A DNA stretch of 64,000 nt, from NCBI GenBank assembly GCA_013178315.1, contig JABLWX010000003.1, forward strand, positions 2,855 to 66,854. Direction: 5' to 3'. Within the stretch, counting starts at the first letter, position 1; each line of letters begins with the position of its first letter. The position numbers were made by a program, and so were the translations under genes. The stretch is from Candidatus Aminicenantes bacterium (lineage in GTDB: Bacteria > Acidobacteriota > Aminicenantia > Aminicenantales > Saccharicenantaceae). The notes below the pieces were generated by a model. It saw only the letters and a program-made list of their open reading frames with translations, was not told where the DNA came from and ran no database searches. This document shows positions 19,230 through 28,298 of the stretch, piece by piece.

Positions 19230-20576
19230 ATGAAACAAAATAAAATGAGCGGCGAAAAAAAATTTCTGAGAATTATCGGGAATAGAGTGACGGTGGTTGT
19301 GGGAGCAGTGATTATTTGGGGCTTTTTGTTTATGAATTCAGCCGGAAGGGCTCTGGCTCTGGCCGAAGCGGAAAGGCAGGAGGGGAAAGCCGCCCCACGC
19401 ATCGTGGCGATTAAAGCGGGCAGGATTCTGACCATGGCCGGCCCGGTCCTGGATAACGGCCAGGTCTTAATCGAGAACGGGAAGATTAAAGCGGTTGGCA
19501 GGGATATTAAGATTCCGGAGGAGGCCGAGGTCATCGAAGAGCCAGAAGGCTGGGTGCTCCCTGGACTGATAGATGCTCATTCTTCGCTGGGGCTGGTCGA
19601 TGAAACCGGCCGCAGCGAGAATGAAGAGCTTTCCGACCCGAACGTGGCCCAGCTGAGTGTTATTGATGGTTTCAATCCATTTGATAAGAGGATAGCCCAG
19701 GCCCGGGCCGCGGGAATCACGGCCGCCCTGGTAACGCCTGGCCGCAGGTCGGTCATAGGCGGTCAGATGGCTGCAGTCAGGCTTCGCGGCCAGACTGCCG
19801 ACCAGATGGTCCTGCTGTCGCCGGCCGGGATGAAGTTTTCAATCGGCGAAGGACCGAAGCAGGCTTTCGGGGAAAAGGGCCGGCTGCCTTCAACCAGGAT
19901 GGGGAACGTCTATGTCATCCGCCAGGCACTGCTGGAAGCCCGGGAATATGCCGGGCAGTGGTCAGCTTATGAAAAGAAGCTGGCCGGGGCTAAAAAAGAC
20001 AGAAAAGACGCGGCTGAGGTTCAAGCACCAAAACGGGATTTAAGACTGGAAGCCCTGGCCCGGGTGGTTAAGGGCGAATTAACGGCTTTTATAGAATGTT
20101 ACCGGTTGGATGATATCGGTGCGGCTTTAAGGCTGGTTGACGAGTTCGGCTTGAAGGCGGTCCTGGTGGGCTGCGCCGAGGGCTATCTTCTGGCCGGAGA
20201 AATTGCCAGGAGGAAAATACCGGTAATAGTCGGTCCTTTCGGCATCGGGCCCAAAAGGACGGAAACGGAGCGGGTTGAAATCAGCAACGCGGCCAGGCTG
20301 CACGGGGCAGGAGTTAAAGTTGTGCTGCAAAGCGAAGTTCAGTACGGGCTGGGAACCCTTGAAGAACTCCCGCTGTTAGCAGCCCTGGCGGTCAGGGGAG
20401 GACTGCCCGAGGAAGAAGCCTTAAAAGCCATTACCATCAATGCCGCGGAGGTGATGGGAGTGACGGGAAGAATCGGCAGCCTGGAGCCGGGGAAAGAGGC
20501 CGACCTGGTAATATTCAGCGGCCATCCTTTTGATTACCGCAGCCGGGTTAAAAGGGTTTTTATAGCGGGTGAATAA
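19230..20576 (+). CDS. Secreted amidohydrolase-family protein (paralogue 2)
   Basis: Same architecture (GLIDAHSSLG, GSLEPGKEADLVIF) and collinear with paralogue 1. I chose the ATG at 19230 over the TTG at 19200. Its C-terminus is about 10 aa shorter than paralogue 1, and the stop codon overlaps the left inverted repeat. Confidence 0.7.
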   Translation: MKQNKMSGEKKFLRIIGNRVTVVVGAVIIWGFLFMNSAGRALALAEAERQEGKAAPRIVAIKAGRILTMAGPVLDNGQVLIENGKIKAVGRDIKIPEEAEVIEEPEGWVLPGLIDAHSSLGLVDETGRSENEELSDPNVAQLSVIDGFNPFDKRIAQARAAGITAALVTPGRRSVIGGQMAAVRLRGQTADQMVLLSPAGMKFSIGEGPKQAFGEKGRLPSTRMGNVYVIRQALLEAREYAGQWSAYEKKLAGAKKDRKDAAEVQAPKRDLRLEALARVVKGELTAFIECYRLDDIGAALRLVDEFGLKAVLVGCAEGYLLAGEIARRKIPVIVGPFGIGPKRTETERVEISNAARLHGAGVKVVLQSEVQYGLGTLEELPLLAALAVRGGLPEEEALKAITINAAEVMGVTGRIGSLEPGKEADLVIFSGHPFDYRSRVKRVFIAGE

Positions 20577-20609
20577 AAACGGGGGACACAATACTCATTC
20601 CCCAATTTT
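20575..20609. repeat. Left arm of a perfect 35-bp inverted repeat
   Basis: AAAAACGGGGGACACAATACTCATTCCCCAATTTT. Its exact reverse complement occurs at 21096-21130. Confidence 0.95.
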
Positions 20610-21095
20610 CGTGAATTGTCGTTTTTAATTTATTGAGTCAGGTGCTTATTCACCAGGACAAAAGGAATCTGAAATGGATATTGCCGCCTTATAATTCTCT
20701 CTTTTCGGCCGGTTCCTTCTCATTGTTAATATCAAGTTTCAGGGAAAATAAAGAAAATAAAAAGGCTCATCAGACATTTTTGTGGGTATAAACAGGATTT
20801 TTTAAGGCACCGGGTGAGGTCTTAAGCTAAAACAAACAGCAAAGAACCTGGCTGGTCAATTATACGATTGACAAAGCAATTCAGAAGACCCGGGCTGGAT
20901 GGCCTCCGAGAAGCGTTCAGCGCCGGCAGTTTGAACTGGACTGTGAGGATAACAATTATCCAGGTTTGCCCATTAAAATCCCGTAAGCCCCAACAAAAAT
21001 TTACTCTGTGGCCCAAGTTTACGTTTCCGGTTCGGCCGGGGCAGAAACTTGTTCAGGTGGAATGGAAATCAAAAAATATGACATTTTTTGATAAA

Positions 21096-21130
21096 AAAAT
21101 TGGGGAATGAGTATTGTGTCCCCCGTTTTT
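21096..21130. repeat. Right arm of a perfect 35-bp inverted repeat
   Basis: AAAATTGGGGAATGAGTATTGTGTCCCCCGTTTTT, which is the reverse complement of 20575-20609. Confidence 0.95.
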
Positions 21131-21142
21131 TATGTTTATAAT
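21114..21142 (+). promoter_or_regulatory. Candidate sigma-70 promoter of the riboswitch-mat transcript
   Basis: -35 TTGTGT (21114-21119, inside the right TIR), 17-nt spacer, perfect -10 TATAAT (21137-21142). The riboswitch begins about 15-20 nt downstream. Confidence 0.45.
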
Positions 21143-21159
21143 AGAGGTGGCGCTGGCGT

Positions 21160-21292
21160 TCTCATCCTCTCATCCAGAGAGGCAGAGGGTTAACGCGCCC
21201 GAAGAAGCCCGGCAACCTGCCCCCGGCGGGGCAAGGTGCCAAAAGCGTTGAGTCCCGGCTCCGGCCGGAACGAAAGATGAGAGGAGTGGGGC
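21160..21292 (+). promoter_or_regulatory. SAM-I (S-box) riboswitch
   Basis: CTCTCATCCAGAGAGGCAGAGGGTTAACGCGCCCGAAGAAGCCCGGCAACC...AGGTGCCAAAAGCG...GAAAGATGAGAG matches the S-box core (P1 CTCTCATC/GATGAGAG, GAGGGA-type junction, GCCCGGCAACC, GGTGCCAA). It lies upstream of a SAM synthetase gene. Confidence 0.85.
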
Positions 21293-21472
21293 GAAAGCGA
21301 GCATCGCCACCAGGTCCCGCTCCTCTCGAGCAGAAGAGAGGCGCCTCGCCAGAGACAGCGGAGCGGAGACCGCGGTGGGAAGGCTGATTCTAAATCCGGC
21401 CTTATATTACCTGCCCGAATTTTCCCGCCTGGTATCCATCCCTGTAAATTCATAGTTTGGCTGGAGGAAAAA

Positions 21473-22672
21473 ATGTCTGGATACTATTTTGAAGTCCGGG
21501 AGGGACGGGATTTCCTGGCCGAAGAGATGCCCGTGGAAATCGTGGAGCGCAAGGGCAAGGGTCATCCTGATTCGCTGTGCGACGGGGCGGCCGAGGAACT
21601 TTCGGTGGCTCTGTCCGAGATTTATCGGCGGGAGACTGGAAGGATTCTGCATCATAACGTGGATAAAGCGGTCCTGGTCGGCGGAAGTTCCAGCGCCGGG
21701 TTCGGCGGCGGAAAGGTGAGTGAGCCGGCTCTTCTTTACATCGTCGGCCGGGCCACCTGCGAATACAAAGGCAAGAAAATCATCGACAACGAGTCCATAA
21801 AATATCTTGAAACCAGAATTGCCGGCTGGATGATGGGGCAGGTGCCCCATCTAAAAAAAGAACACTTCCAGGTCAAGCTCTTAATCAGGCAGGGCAGTGA
21901 GGATTTGACGGCGATTTTCGCCGACGACGAAAGGGCTCCCCGGGCTAATGATACTTCGCTGGCCGTGGGCTATGCCCCGCTCAGCCAGCTGGAAACCCTG
22001 GTTCTGGAAACCGAGAAATTCCTGAACAGCCCGGATGGCAAGCGCCGATTCCCGGCCCTGGGCGCGGACATAAAGGTTATGGGTGTCCGCAAGGGCGAAT
22101 CCATAAACCTGACCGTGGCCGCAGCCTTCGTGGCTTCCGAGGTTAAAGACAGGCCGGCTTACGACCGGATGAAAAAGGAAATGGCCGATTTCCTGCGGGG
22201 AGAATTTGTACGGCGTTATACTTCCCGGCCGGTTGAGGTAACCATAAATAATGCCGATACTTCTGAATCGCAGTATCTAACTGTAACCGGCACCAGCGCT
22301 GAATCGGGCGACGACGGCCAGGTAGGCCGCGGCAACCGGGCCAACGGCCTGATCACGCCCTACCGGCCAATGAGCCTGGAAGCGGTGGCCGGGAAGAACC
22401 CGGTCAGCCACGTCGGGAAGATATACAGCATAATGAGCCAGCTGATTGCCGACAGGATAGTGCAGGCCTTGCCAGAGACCAAACAGGTTTATGTCTATAT
22501 GGTCAGCCAGATCAATGAACCGATCGATGAGCCCCAGGCCCTCAACGTTGAGCTGTGGGGCCTGGATGCCAGCAAGGTCAGGGCAGAGGTTCGGAAAATA
22601 GCCGACGAAGTGCTGGGCAACTGGCGGGAGATCCGTGACGGCTTCATGAGCCGCCGCTGGCCAATCTATTAA
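21473..22672 (+). CDS. mat: Archaeal-type S-adenosylmethionine synthetase (methionine adenosyltransferase)
   Basis: [97 protein letters not shown] are collinear with the Methanocaldococcus-type MAT family. This is not the bacterial MetK fold family. Confidence 0.9.
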   Translation: MSGYYFEVREGRDFLAEEMPVEIVERKGKGHPDSLCDGAAEELSVALSEIYRRETGRILHHNVDKAVLVGGSSSAGFGGGKVSEPALLYIVGRATCEYKGKKIIDNESIKYLETRIAGWMMGQVPHLKKEHFQVKLLIRQGSEDLTAIFADDERAPRANDTSLAVGYAPLSQLETLVLETEKFLNSPDGKRRFPALGADIKVMGVRKGESINLTVAAAFVASEVKDRPAYDRMKKEMADFLRGEFVRRYTSRPVEVTINNADTSESQYLTVTGTSAESGDDGQVGRGNRANGLITPYRPMSLEAVAGKNPVSHVGKIYSIMSQLIADRIVQALPETKQVYVYMVSQINEPIDEPQALNVELWGLDASKVRAEVRKIADEVLGNWREIRDGFMSRRWPIY

Positions 22673-23023
22673 AGTGGTCGGCGAAGAATAAATTTGGAAC
22701 CCCTTTTTTCCTTGAGCTGTCAGACTTAAGTAACAAAAATTTTCGGCTGGCCGGCAGTCCATATTTTCGGTTTTCCACTGAGGCAGCAATATCGGTATCC
22801 ATTTTCCAGGTTTTTGTCATCAATTCTTTTCTTTATTGTGACATGAGTATTCAGGAAGATGTCCAATGCAAGGCAGCATATTAACAATAAAAATTCGCTC
22901 TTCCGTTTGATTTTTTTGCCTGTCTTTTAATTCCTTTGATTGGACCGGGAGCGGGATGGGCAGACTGGTTGGGAAGGTATTGAGTTCTTTGAACAAGTTC
23001 GGGAAGTATGTTTAATTCCCCTT

Positions 23024-25348
23024 TTATAAAAGGGGTTTAAGAGCCTCGGCCCCGGCCACACCGCTGTTAACGAGATAGCACTTCACCTGGTCCAGCAGGC
23101 GGCTGAAGAACATCCGTTGCATGGCCAGCTTGTCTTCATTCACCACCAGGAGATGCGGGTTAAAGAAGGGCTGGGCCTTGGCCGAGAGCGACTTGACCGC
23201 GCCCGAAGGCTCCCCGCTCTCCAGTATTCTCAGGGCTTCTTCCTTGCTGAGCTCCACCACCGCCGGCGACACCTGGTCGTTACGCAGGATTACCAGGCTC
23301 TTCAGGTTGGTTCTCCTGGTATAGCCCTGCGCTCCGGCCAGCCAGTTGGGGTCGAGCATGGCCTGGGACTCGCCGGAAGCCCGGAAGCAGTAGGGCGCGC
23401 CCTTGTCGAGCCGGCAGTCATCCTGCATGGGGCAGGTGCGGTCGGTGCAGTCCTCGCGCCTGGTGACCACGTTCTCGCACTTGCTGTGGTCAAAGAGCCT
23501 GGCCAGTTTATCATGGAGTTCAACGGTATTGGTGGGGATGTAAAATTTTCTCTCGACGGCGTCGGCCACCGCCCGGCTGCCCGAAAAGCGGACGAACACA
23601 ATCTCGTTGGTCTGGGCCTGGACTTTGGGCTGCTTGAGCAGCTCAAAAAACAGCTCGGTCTTCTTGGTTCCTGGCTGTCCGACCAGTATAAGGCCGTTTC
23701 CGTCCAGCCCCACGGCCATGCCCCGGACGGCATTTATGCCCAGGTGCTCCGAGGAATCAAGGACCATGCCCAGGGCCAGTTTCCGCAGTGGTCCGTAATT
23801 GTCTGTGTTAACCAGGATTCCGGTCCTGGTTTCCGGGTGGTAATAGGCCCGCGGTTCTCTTCCCGGCACCTGGTCCACCGCGTAAATCACGGCGTGCGGT
23901 TCCAGCCCGGCTTCTATCTGGCCCGGGAACCAGTTTTCCACCCAGAAGTCATAGAGATGGCCGACATTGGTCCTGAGCTGAACGATGGTGCCGTTGATGT
24001 TGGCATTCCACTCGTAGTAATTCTCGTAACCCAGGTGGCTTTCCATCTCGGCCACCAGGGCATCTCTCAGTTTGCCCTCGGCCACCACCTCCACCGGCAC
24101 CGATTTTTTTACCTTGGTCACGTAATTTTGCAGGTAAATCTTCTTAACTTTCTTGGCCGTCTTCAGCTGGCTCATGGCCTCGGCTATCCGGTCCATTCCT
24201 TTTTCCAGGTTTTCCATGGAGGTAGCGTAGGAAATGCGGATGTAATTGTCGGCCCCGAAAGCATCTCCTGGAACGATGGCCACCCTGGCTTCCCGCAGCA
24301 GGTAATAGGCCAGGCCGTAGGAATTCCTGATCTGGATACCGCCGGCTTCTTTCCCATAATAGGAGCTGACGTTGGGAAACAGGTAAAAGGCGCCCTGGGG
24401 CTTGAAGCAGGAAATTCCAGGAATCTGCTGCAGCCGCATCAGCACGTAGTTTCTTCTTCTCTGGAACTCGGCGGCCATGCGGTTAACTTCGTACTGGGGC
24501 CCGGCCAGGGCTTCGACACTGGCCTTCTGCGATATGGAGCAGGCGTTGGAGGTGGTGTGGCTCTGGATCTTGCTCATGGCGCTGATGATCTCGGCCGGTC
24601 CGGCCGCGTAACCTATTCTCCAGCCGGTCATGGAATAGGTTTTGGAAACCCCGTTGACTATGATGGTCTTCTTTTTCAGGTCTTCGCCCAGGGTGGCAAA
24701 ACTCACGAACTGGAACCCATCGTAGACCAGGCGACTGTAAATCTCGTCGGCGATGATGTAGATATCTTCCTTGCGGATGACCTCGGCCAGAGCCAGGAGC
24801 TGTTCCCTGGTATAGGCTGCCCCAGTCGGATTGCTGGGATTGTTCAGCACCAGGGCCCGCGTCGATGGGGATATGGCGGCCTTCAGCTGCTCTGGCGTCA
24901 GCAGAAAGCCGTCTTCCTCACGCGTTTCCACAATAACCGGCTTGCCCTTGGCCAGGTTCACGCACTCCGGGTAGGTCACCCAGTAAGGAGCCGGAATTAT
25001 AACTTCATCGCCCTCGTTGACGATGGCCTGGACCAGGTGGTAAAGGGAGCTCTTGGCCCCGGTGGAGATAAGAACTTCGCCGGGCCTGTAGTCCAGCCCG
25101 TAATCTTCCTTGAGCCTCTTGCAGACAGCCTTTCTCAGCTCAGGAATGCCGTCGTTTTCGGTGTACTTGGTGAAATTCTGCTCGATGGCTTTAACCGCCG
25201 CCGCCTTGACATTTTCCGGCGTCGGGAAATCGGGTTCGCCCACGCTCAGGTCGATAACATCGATGCCCTCGGCCTTCATGGACTTGGCCTTGGCCGAAAT
25301 CTTTAAGGTGGGAGAAGCTCCTATTTTGGTTACTCTTTCTGAAACCAT
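23024..25348 (-). CDS. Fusion protein: class I PLP aspartate aminotransferase (aa 1-~395) plus HPr-kinase-like P-loop domain (aa ~400-774)
   Basis: The N-terminal half has the typical AspC motifs (LSVGEPDFPTP, NNPSNPTG, SKTYSMTGWRIGY). The C-terminal half has RGMAVGLDGNGLILVGQPGTKKTELFFELL, collinear with the HprK C-domain HGVLV..G.GVLITG.SG.GKSE.ALEL. Confidence 0.8.
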   Translation of the reverse strand: MVSERVTKIGASPTLKISAKAKSMKAEGIDVIDLSVGEPDFPTPENVKAAAVKAIEQNFTKYTENDGIPELRKAVCKRLKEDYGLDYRPGEVLISTGAKSSLYHLVQAIVNEGDEVIIPAPYWVTYPECVNLAKGKPVIVETREEDGFLLTPEQLKAAISPSTRALVLNNPSNPTGAAYTREQLLALAEVIRKEDIYIIADEIYSRLVYDGFQFVSFATLGEDLKKKTIIVNGVSKTYSMTGWRIGYAAGPAEIISAMSKIQSHTTSNACSISQKASVEALAGPQYEVNRMAAEFQRRRNYVLMRLQQIPGISCFKPQGAFYLFPNVSSYYGKEAGGIQIRNSYGLAYYLLREARVAIVPGDAFGADNYIRISYATSMENLEKGMDRIAEAMSQLKTAKKVKKIYLQNYVTKVKKSVPVEVVAEGKLRDALVAEMESHLGYENYYEWNANINGTIVQLRTNVGHLYDFWVENWFPGQIEAGLEPHAVIYAVDQVPGREPRAYYHPETRTGILVNTDNYGPLRKLALGMVLDSSEHLGINAVRGMAVGLDGNGLILVGQPGTKKTELFFELLKQPKVQAQTNEIVFVRFSGSRAVADAVERKFYIPTNTVELHDKLARLFDHSKCENVVTRREDCTDRTCPMQDDCRLDKGAPYCFRASGESQAMLDPNWLAGAQGYTRRTNLKSLVILRNDQVSPAVVELSKEEALRILESGEPSGAVKSLSAKAQPFFNPHLLVVNEDKLAMQRMFFSRLLDQVKCYLVNSGVAGAEALKPLL

Positions 25349-25369
25349 GGCTTGCCTGCTTTTCCGGGA

Positions 25370-26806
25370 TTATTTCTTCTCGGGTTTCTTTTCCTGGGGC
25401 TCAGGCTTGGCCTCGGTGGCTGAACCCAGCTTGTCCCTCAGGAACTTGGCCAGGTCGGCCCCGGTCAGGGCCTTGAGCACCTCCGGCATCTGGGCCAGGA
25501 TCTGGGTTACCTGGCCGGTAATTTGGTTGGTGCCAAGCCCCTTGTCGCCGCCGATGACCACGATCTTGTCCACCTTGGCCAGGGGCTCGGCCACGGCCCG
25601 GGCCAGCTCGGGCAGCACCTTGATGAAGCTTTCCAGCAGGGCCGCCTCGTTGTATCTTTCCCAGGCCTGGGCTTTCTTCAGCATGGCCTCGGCCTCGGCC
25701 AGGCCGCGCAGCTTGATCTCGTCGGCCTTGACCATGGCTTCGAGCTTCATGGCTTCGGCCTTGCCCTTGCCCTCGGCCATCAGCCGGATTTCTTCAGCTT
25801 CGGCTTCGGCCTGGATCTGGTACTTGCGGGCGTCGGCCGGTTTCAGGACGTTGGCTTCCAGCTCTTTTTCCTTGCGCTTGATTTCCAGCTCTTCTATCTT
25901 GATGGCTTCTTCTTTTTCTATCTGCTTGACCTTGGCCTCTTCTTTCTTTATTTCCTGGCTGACCCGGGTGCGTTCCAGTTCATAGGAAAAATCGGCCTGG
26001 GCTTTCTTCTGGTTGACGAAGGTCTGGGACTCAGCCTTCTTGGCTTCGTTTTCCCACTGGGCCTTGGCTATCTGGGCTTCAGCCTGCAGCCTGGCCACCT
26101 CGGCTTCTTTTCGGGCCTGAGACGACTTGATGACAGCTTCTTTCTCGGTTTCGGCCTGGGCAATGGCCGCATCCCGCTTGGCCGCGGCAATTACCGGCTT
26201 GCTAAGGGCATCGATATAACCCTGGGTGTCGCTGATGTCCTTGAGTGAGAAACTCAGCAGGACCAGGCCCATGTTGGCGAAATCTTCCTTGGCGGCCTGG
26301 GCCACCCGCCTGGAAAATTCCTGGCGACCGCGGTAGATTTCCTCGACAGTCATGGTGCCGATTATTTCCCTGACCTTGCCTTCCAGCACGGTCATGGCCA
26401 CATCACGAATTCCTTCCTTTCCGCTTCCCAGGAACTGCTCGGCGGCCAAGCGTATGGCCAGGTCGGTAGAATCCACCTTGACCTGAGCTGCGGCTTCAGC
26501 CAGGATGGGAATGCCGCCATGGGTCAGGACTTCCGGCGTTTTGATATAAATGGTTATGACTTCGAGGGGCAGGGTATAGACCTTTTCAATGAACGGCCAG
26601 ACGAAGGTACCGCCGCCCAGTTTATATCTATAGCCAACTTTCTTTTTCGTCCCGTCGGGCAGGGTGACGGTTCTCTTGCGACCGCCGGCGATGATCAGGG
26701 CCTCGTTAGGTCCAACCTTCCGGTATTGAGTGGCCAGCACCACTCCCACTATGGCCAGAAAAACAACTATGGCGCCAATGATTATTAGCCAGGTGGTTAA
26801 AGGCAT
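25370..26806 (-). CDS. Flotillin / SPFH (band 7) family protein
   Basis: N-terminal TM, SPFH domain, and long Ala/Glu/Lys-rich coiled-coil flotillin repeats (EAEAEE.., AEAEAM..). It ends 21 bp upstream of the fusion gene on the same strand. Confidence 0.85.
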   Translation of the reverse strand: MPLTTWLIIIGAIVVFLAIVGVVLATQYRKVGPNEALIIAGGRKRTVTLPDGTKKKVGYRYKLGGGTFVWPFIEKVYTLPLEVITIYIKTPEVLTHGGIPILAEAAAQVKVDSTDLAIRLAAEQFLGSGKEGIRDVAMTVLEGKVREIIGTMTVEEIYRGRQEFSRRVAQAAKEDFANMGLVLLSFSLKDISDTQGYIDALSKPVIAAAKRDAAIAQAETEKEAVIKSSQARKEAEVARLQAEAQIAKAQWENEAKKAESQTFVNQKKAQADFSYELERTRVSQEIKKEEAKVKQIEKEEAIKIEELEIKRKEKELEANVLKPADARKYQIQAEAEAEEIRLMAEGKGKAEAMKLEAMVKADEIKLRGLAEAEAMLKKAQAWERYNEAALLESFIKVLPELARAVAEPLAKVDKIVVIGGDKGLGTNQITGQVTQILAQMPEVLKALTGADLAKFLRDKLGSATEAKPEPQEKKPEKK

Positions 26807-27000
26807 GATAACCTCCCTCCAACTATGATGATTTTATGATAAATAAGGGGACTGGCCTGAGACAGGGCATAACCCGACCGGGGAAAAAAGAAACACCTTC
26901 ACTTCTGGTCATGGTCTTCTGACTTACCCTTTTCAGGCTATTTTGAAAGGTCTTTTTTTTCAAGGAAAGATATTAATTCTTCCCATAATTAAAGTCAAGC

Positions 27001-28298
27001 CAAATTTTCATTCCGGTCAAGACATGGTATCCAGTCTAATGGGTCTGTTTGGAAGCGGCGCGGTGGTAGTCCGGCCATAGGGATTGGGGTGGAGGAAGCG
27101 GGGAGATTTATCAGGTTGGTACTTGAAAAAGCGGGGCTTCCTCCCTTAAAAGTTTTGTTAAAACTTTTAATGGAAAGGAGGAAACCCACCCACCAATGAC
27201 AAGTAATATATACCCCACTTACCAGGAGCTTGGCAAGAGTGCGCCGGTACTGGTCAGGAAGTTCGTGATCAGGGCCTATGAGGAGACGGGGAATATCTCC
27301 GAGGTGGCCAGGATGTTTGGGACCACCAGGAAGACGGTCCGGAAGGTGCTGAGGAGGTGGAAGGAGGGCGGGGAGGAAGGCCTTAAGGATCTGTCCCGGA
27401 GGCCAAAACGCTCTCCGCGGAGGACCTCAGCCGCGGTGGAGGCGATGATCGTGGCCGAGAGGAAGAAGACCGGCTACGGCCGGGACCGGATAGCCCGGAT
27501 ACTTCAAGAGAAGGGAGTAGAGGTAACGCCCTCTACCGTCCGTTATGTTCTGAGGCGATACCGACTGAGTATCAAGTACAAACGTTCCCGCTACAGGCGG
27601 AGGAACCGCTTCTATGATTTTGACTCACTCTATCCCTTACAACACTTCCAGGTTGACCTTAAGGAGGTCTATGACTCTACCACCCTTTCTGAGGAAACTC
27701 TGCGCTGGGCCAGGAAGCTGAACATCCCTCCCTATCAGTGGACAGCCATAGATGTGAAAACCCGGTTGAGGTTTATCTCTTACTCCTATGAGAAGACCTT
27801 CACCAATGGGCTGATGTTCATGCTGCTTATAATCTACTTTGTAAGAAGCTTTGCTCTGGAGCACAAGATAACCCTTCAGACCGACAACGGCGAGGAGTTT
27901 GGGGGTAAATCGGTAGAGAAGTTGGAGTATCTTAACAACAGGGTCTTTGCCCCACTGCGGGCCGAGCTGCTTCATATACCCAAGGGGAAGAAGGAGTACC
28001 AGGCCTTTGTGGAACGCTCCCACCAGACCGATGACAACGAGTTCTACATCCCGCAGATAGAGCGCTGTGTGGACCTCAAGGAGTTTTACCTGAGAGCCAT
28101 GAGATGGCAGTTTATGTATAATACGGTGCGGCATCACTCAACGCTGGGTATGACCCCCTTCAGGAAGTTGAGGATGGAACGAAAACTCCCCAGACTGGTG
28201 GCCTCGTTCCCGGTTATCCAGCTGGAAAAGCTCACCGACCTCTACCCAAAACTCTTCCCCCAACCTGGATACCATGTCTTAACCAACGACCTAATTTG
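27001..28298 (+). mobile_element. IS481-family insertion sequence
   Basis: Imperfect terminal inverted repeats: core GGTCAAGACATGGTATCCAG (27015-27034) versus CTGGATACCATGTCTTAACC (28265-28284), 19/20, with a further outer CAAATT/AATTTG match (27001-27006 / 28293-28298). They enclose a DDE transposase gene. I could not recognise a target-site duplication. Confidence 0.6.

Larger units (their letters stand above)
20575..21130. mobile_element. 556-bp ORF-less element bounded by 35-bp terminal inverted repeats (MITE-like; the nature of the element is unproven)
   Basis: Perfect TIRs flank 486 bp of AT-richer sequence with no convincing ORF. The element sits exactly between a stop codon and the promoter of the next gene. 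Confidence 0.4.

Noticed and set aside
20868-21110. 80-aa ORF (TTG start) inside the TIR element, plus a 64-aa ORF on the other strand
   Set aside because: Neither has an RBS or a transposase-like motif. The first runs into the right TIR. I treat the element as non-coding.
23018-23035. Perfect palindrome CCCCTTTTATAAAAGGGG at the 3' end of the fusion gene, considered as a bidirectional terminator
   Set aside because: The AU-rich stem has an essentially zero-length loop, there is no flanking U-tract on either strand, and it overlaps the last codons and the stop codon.
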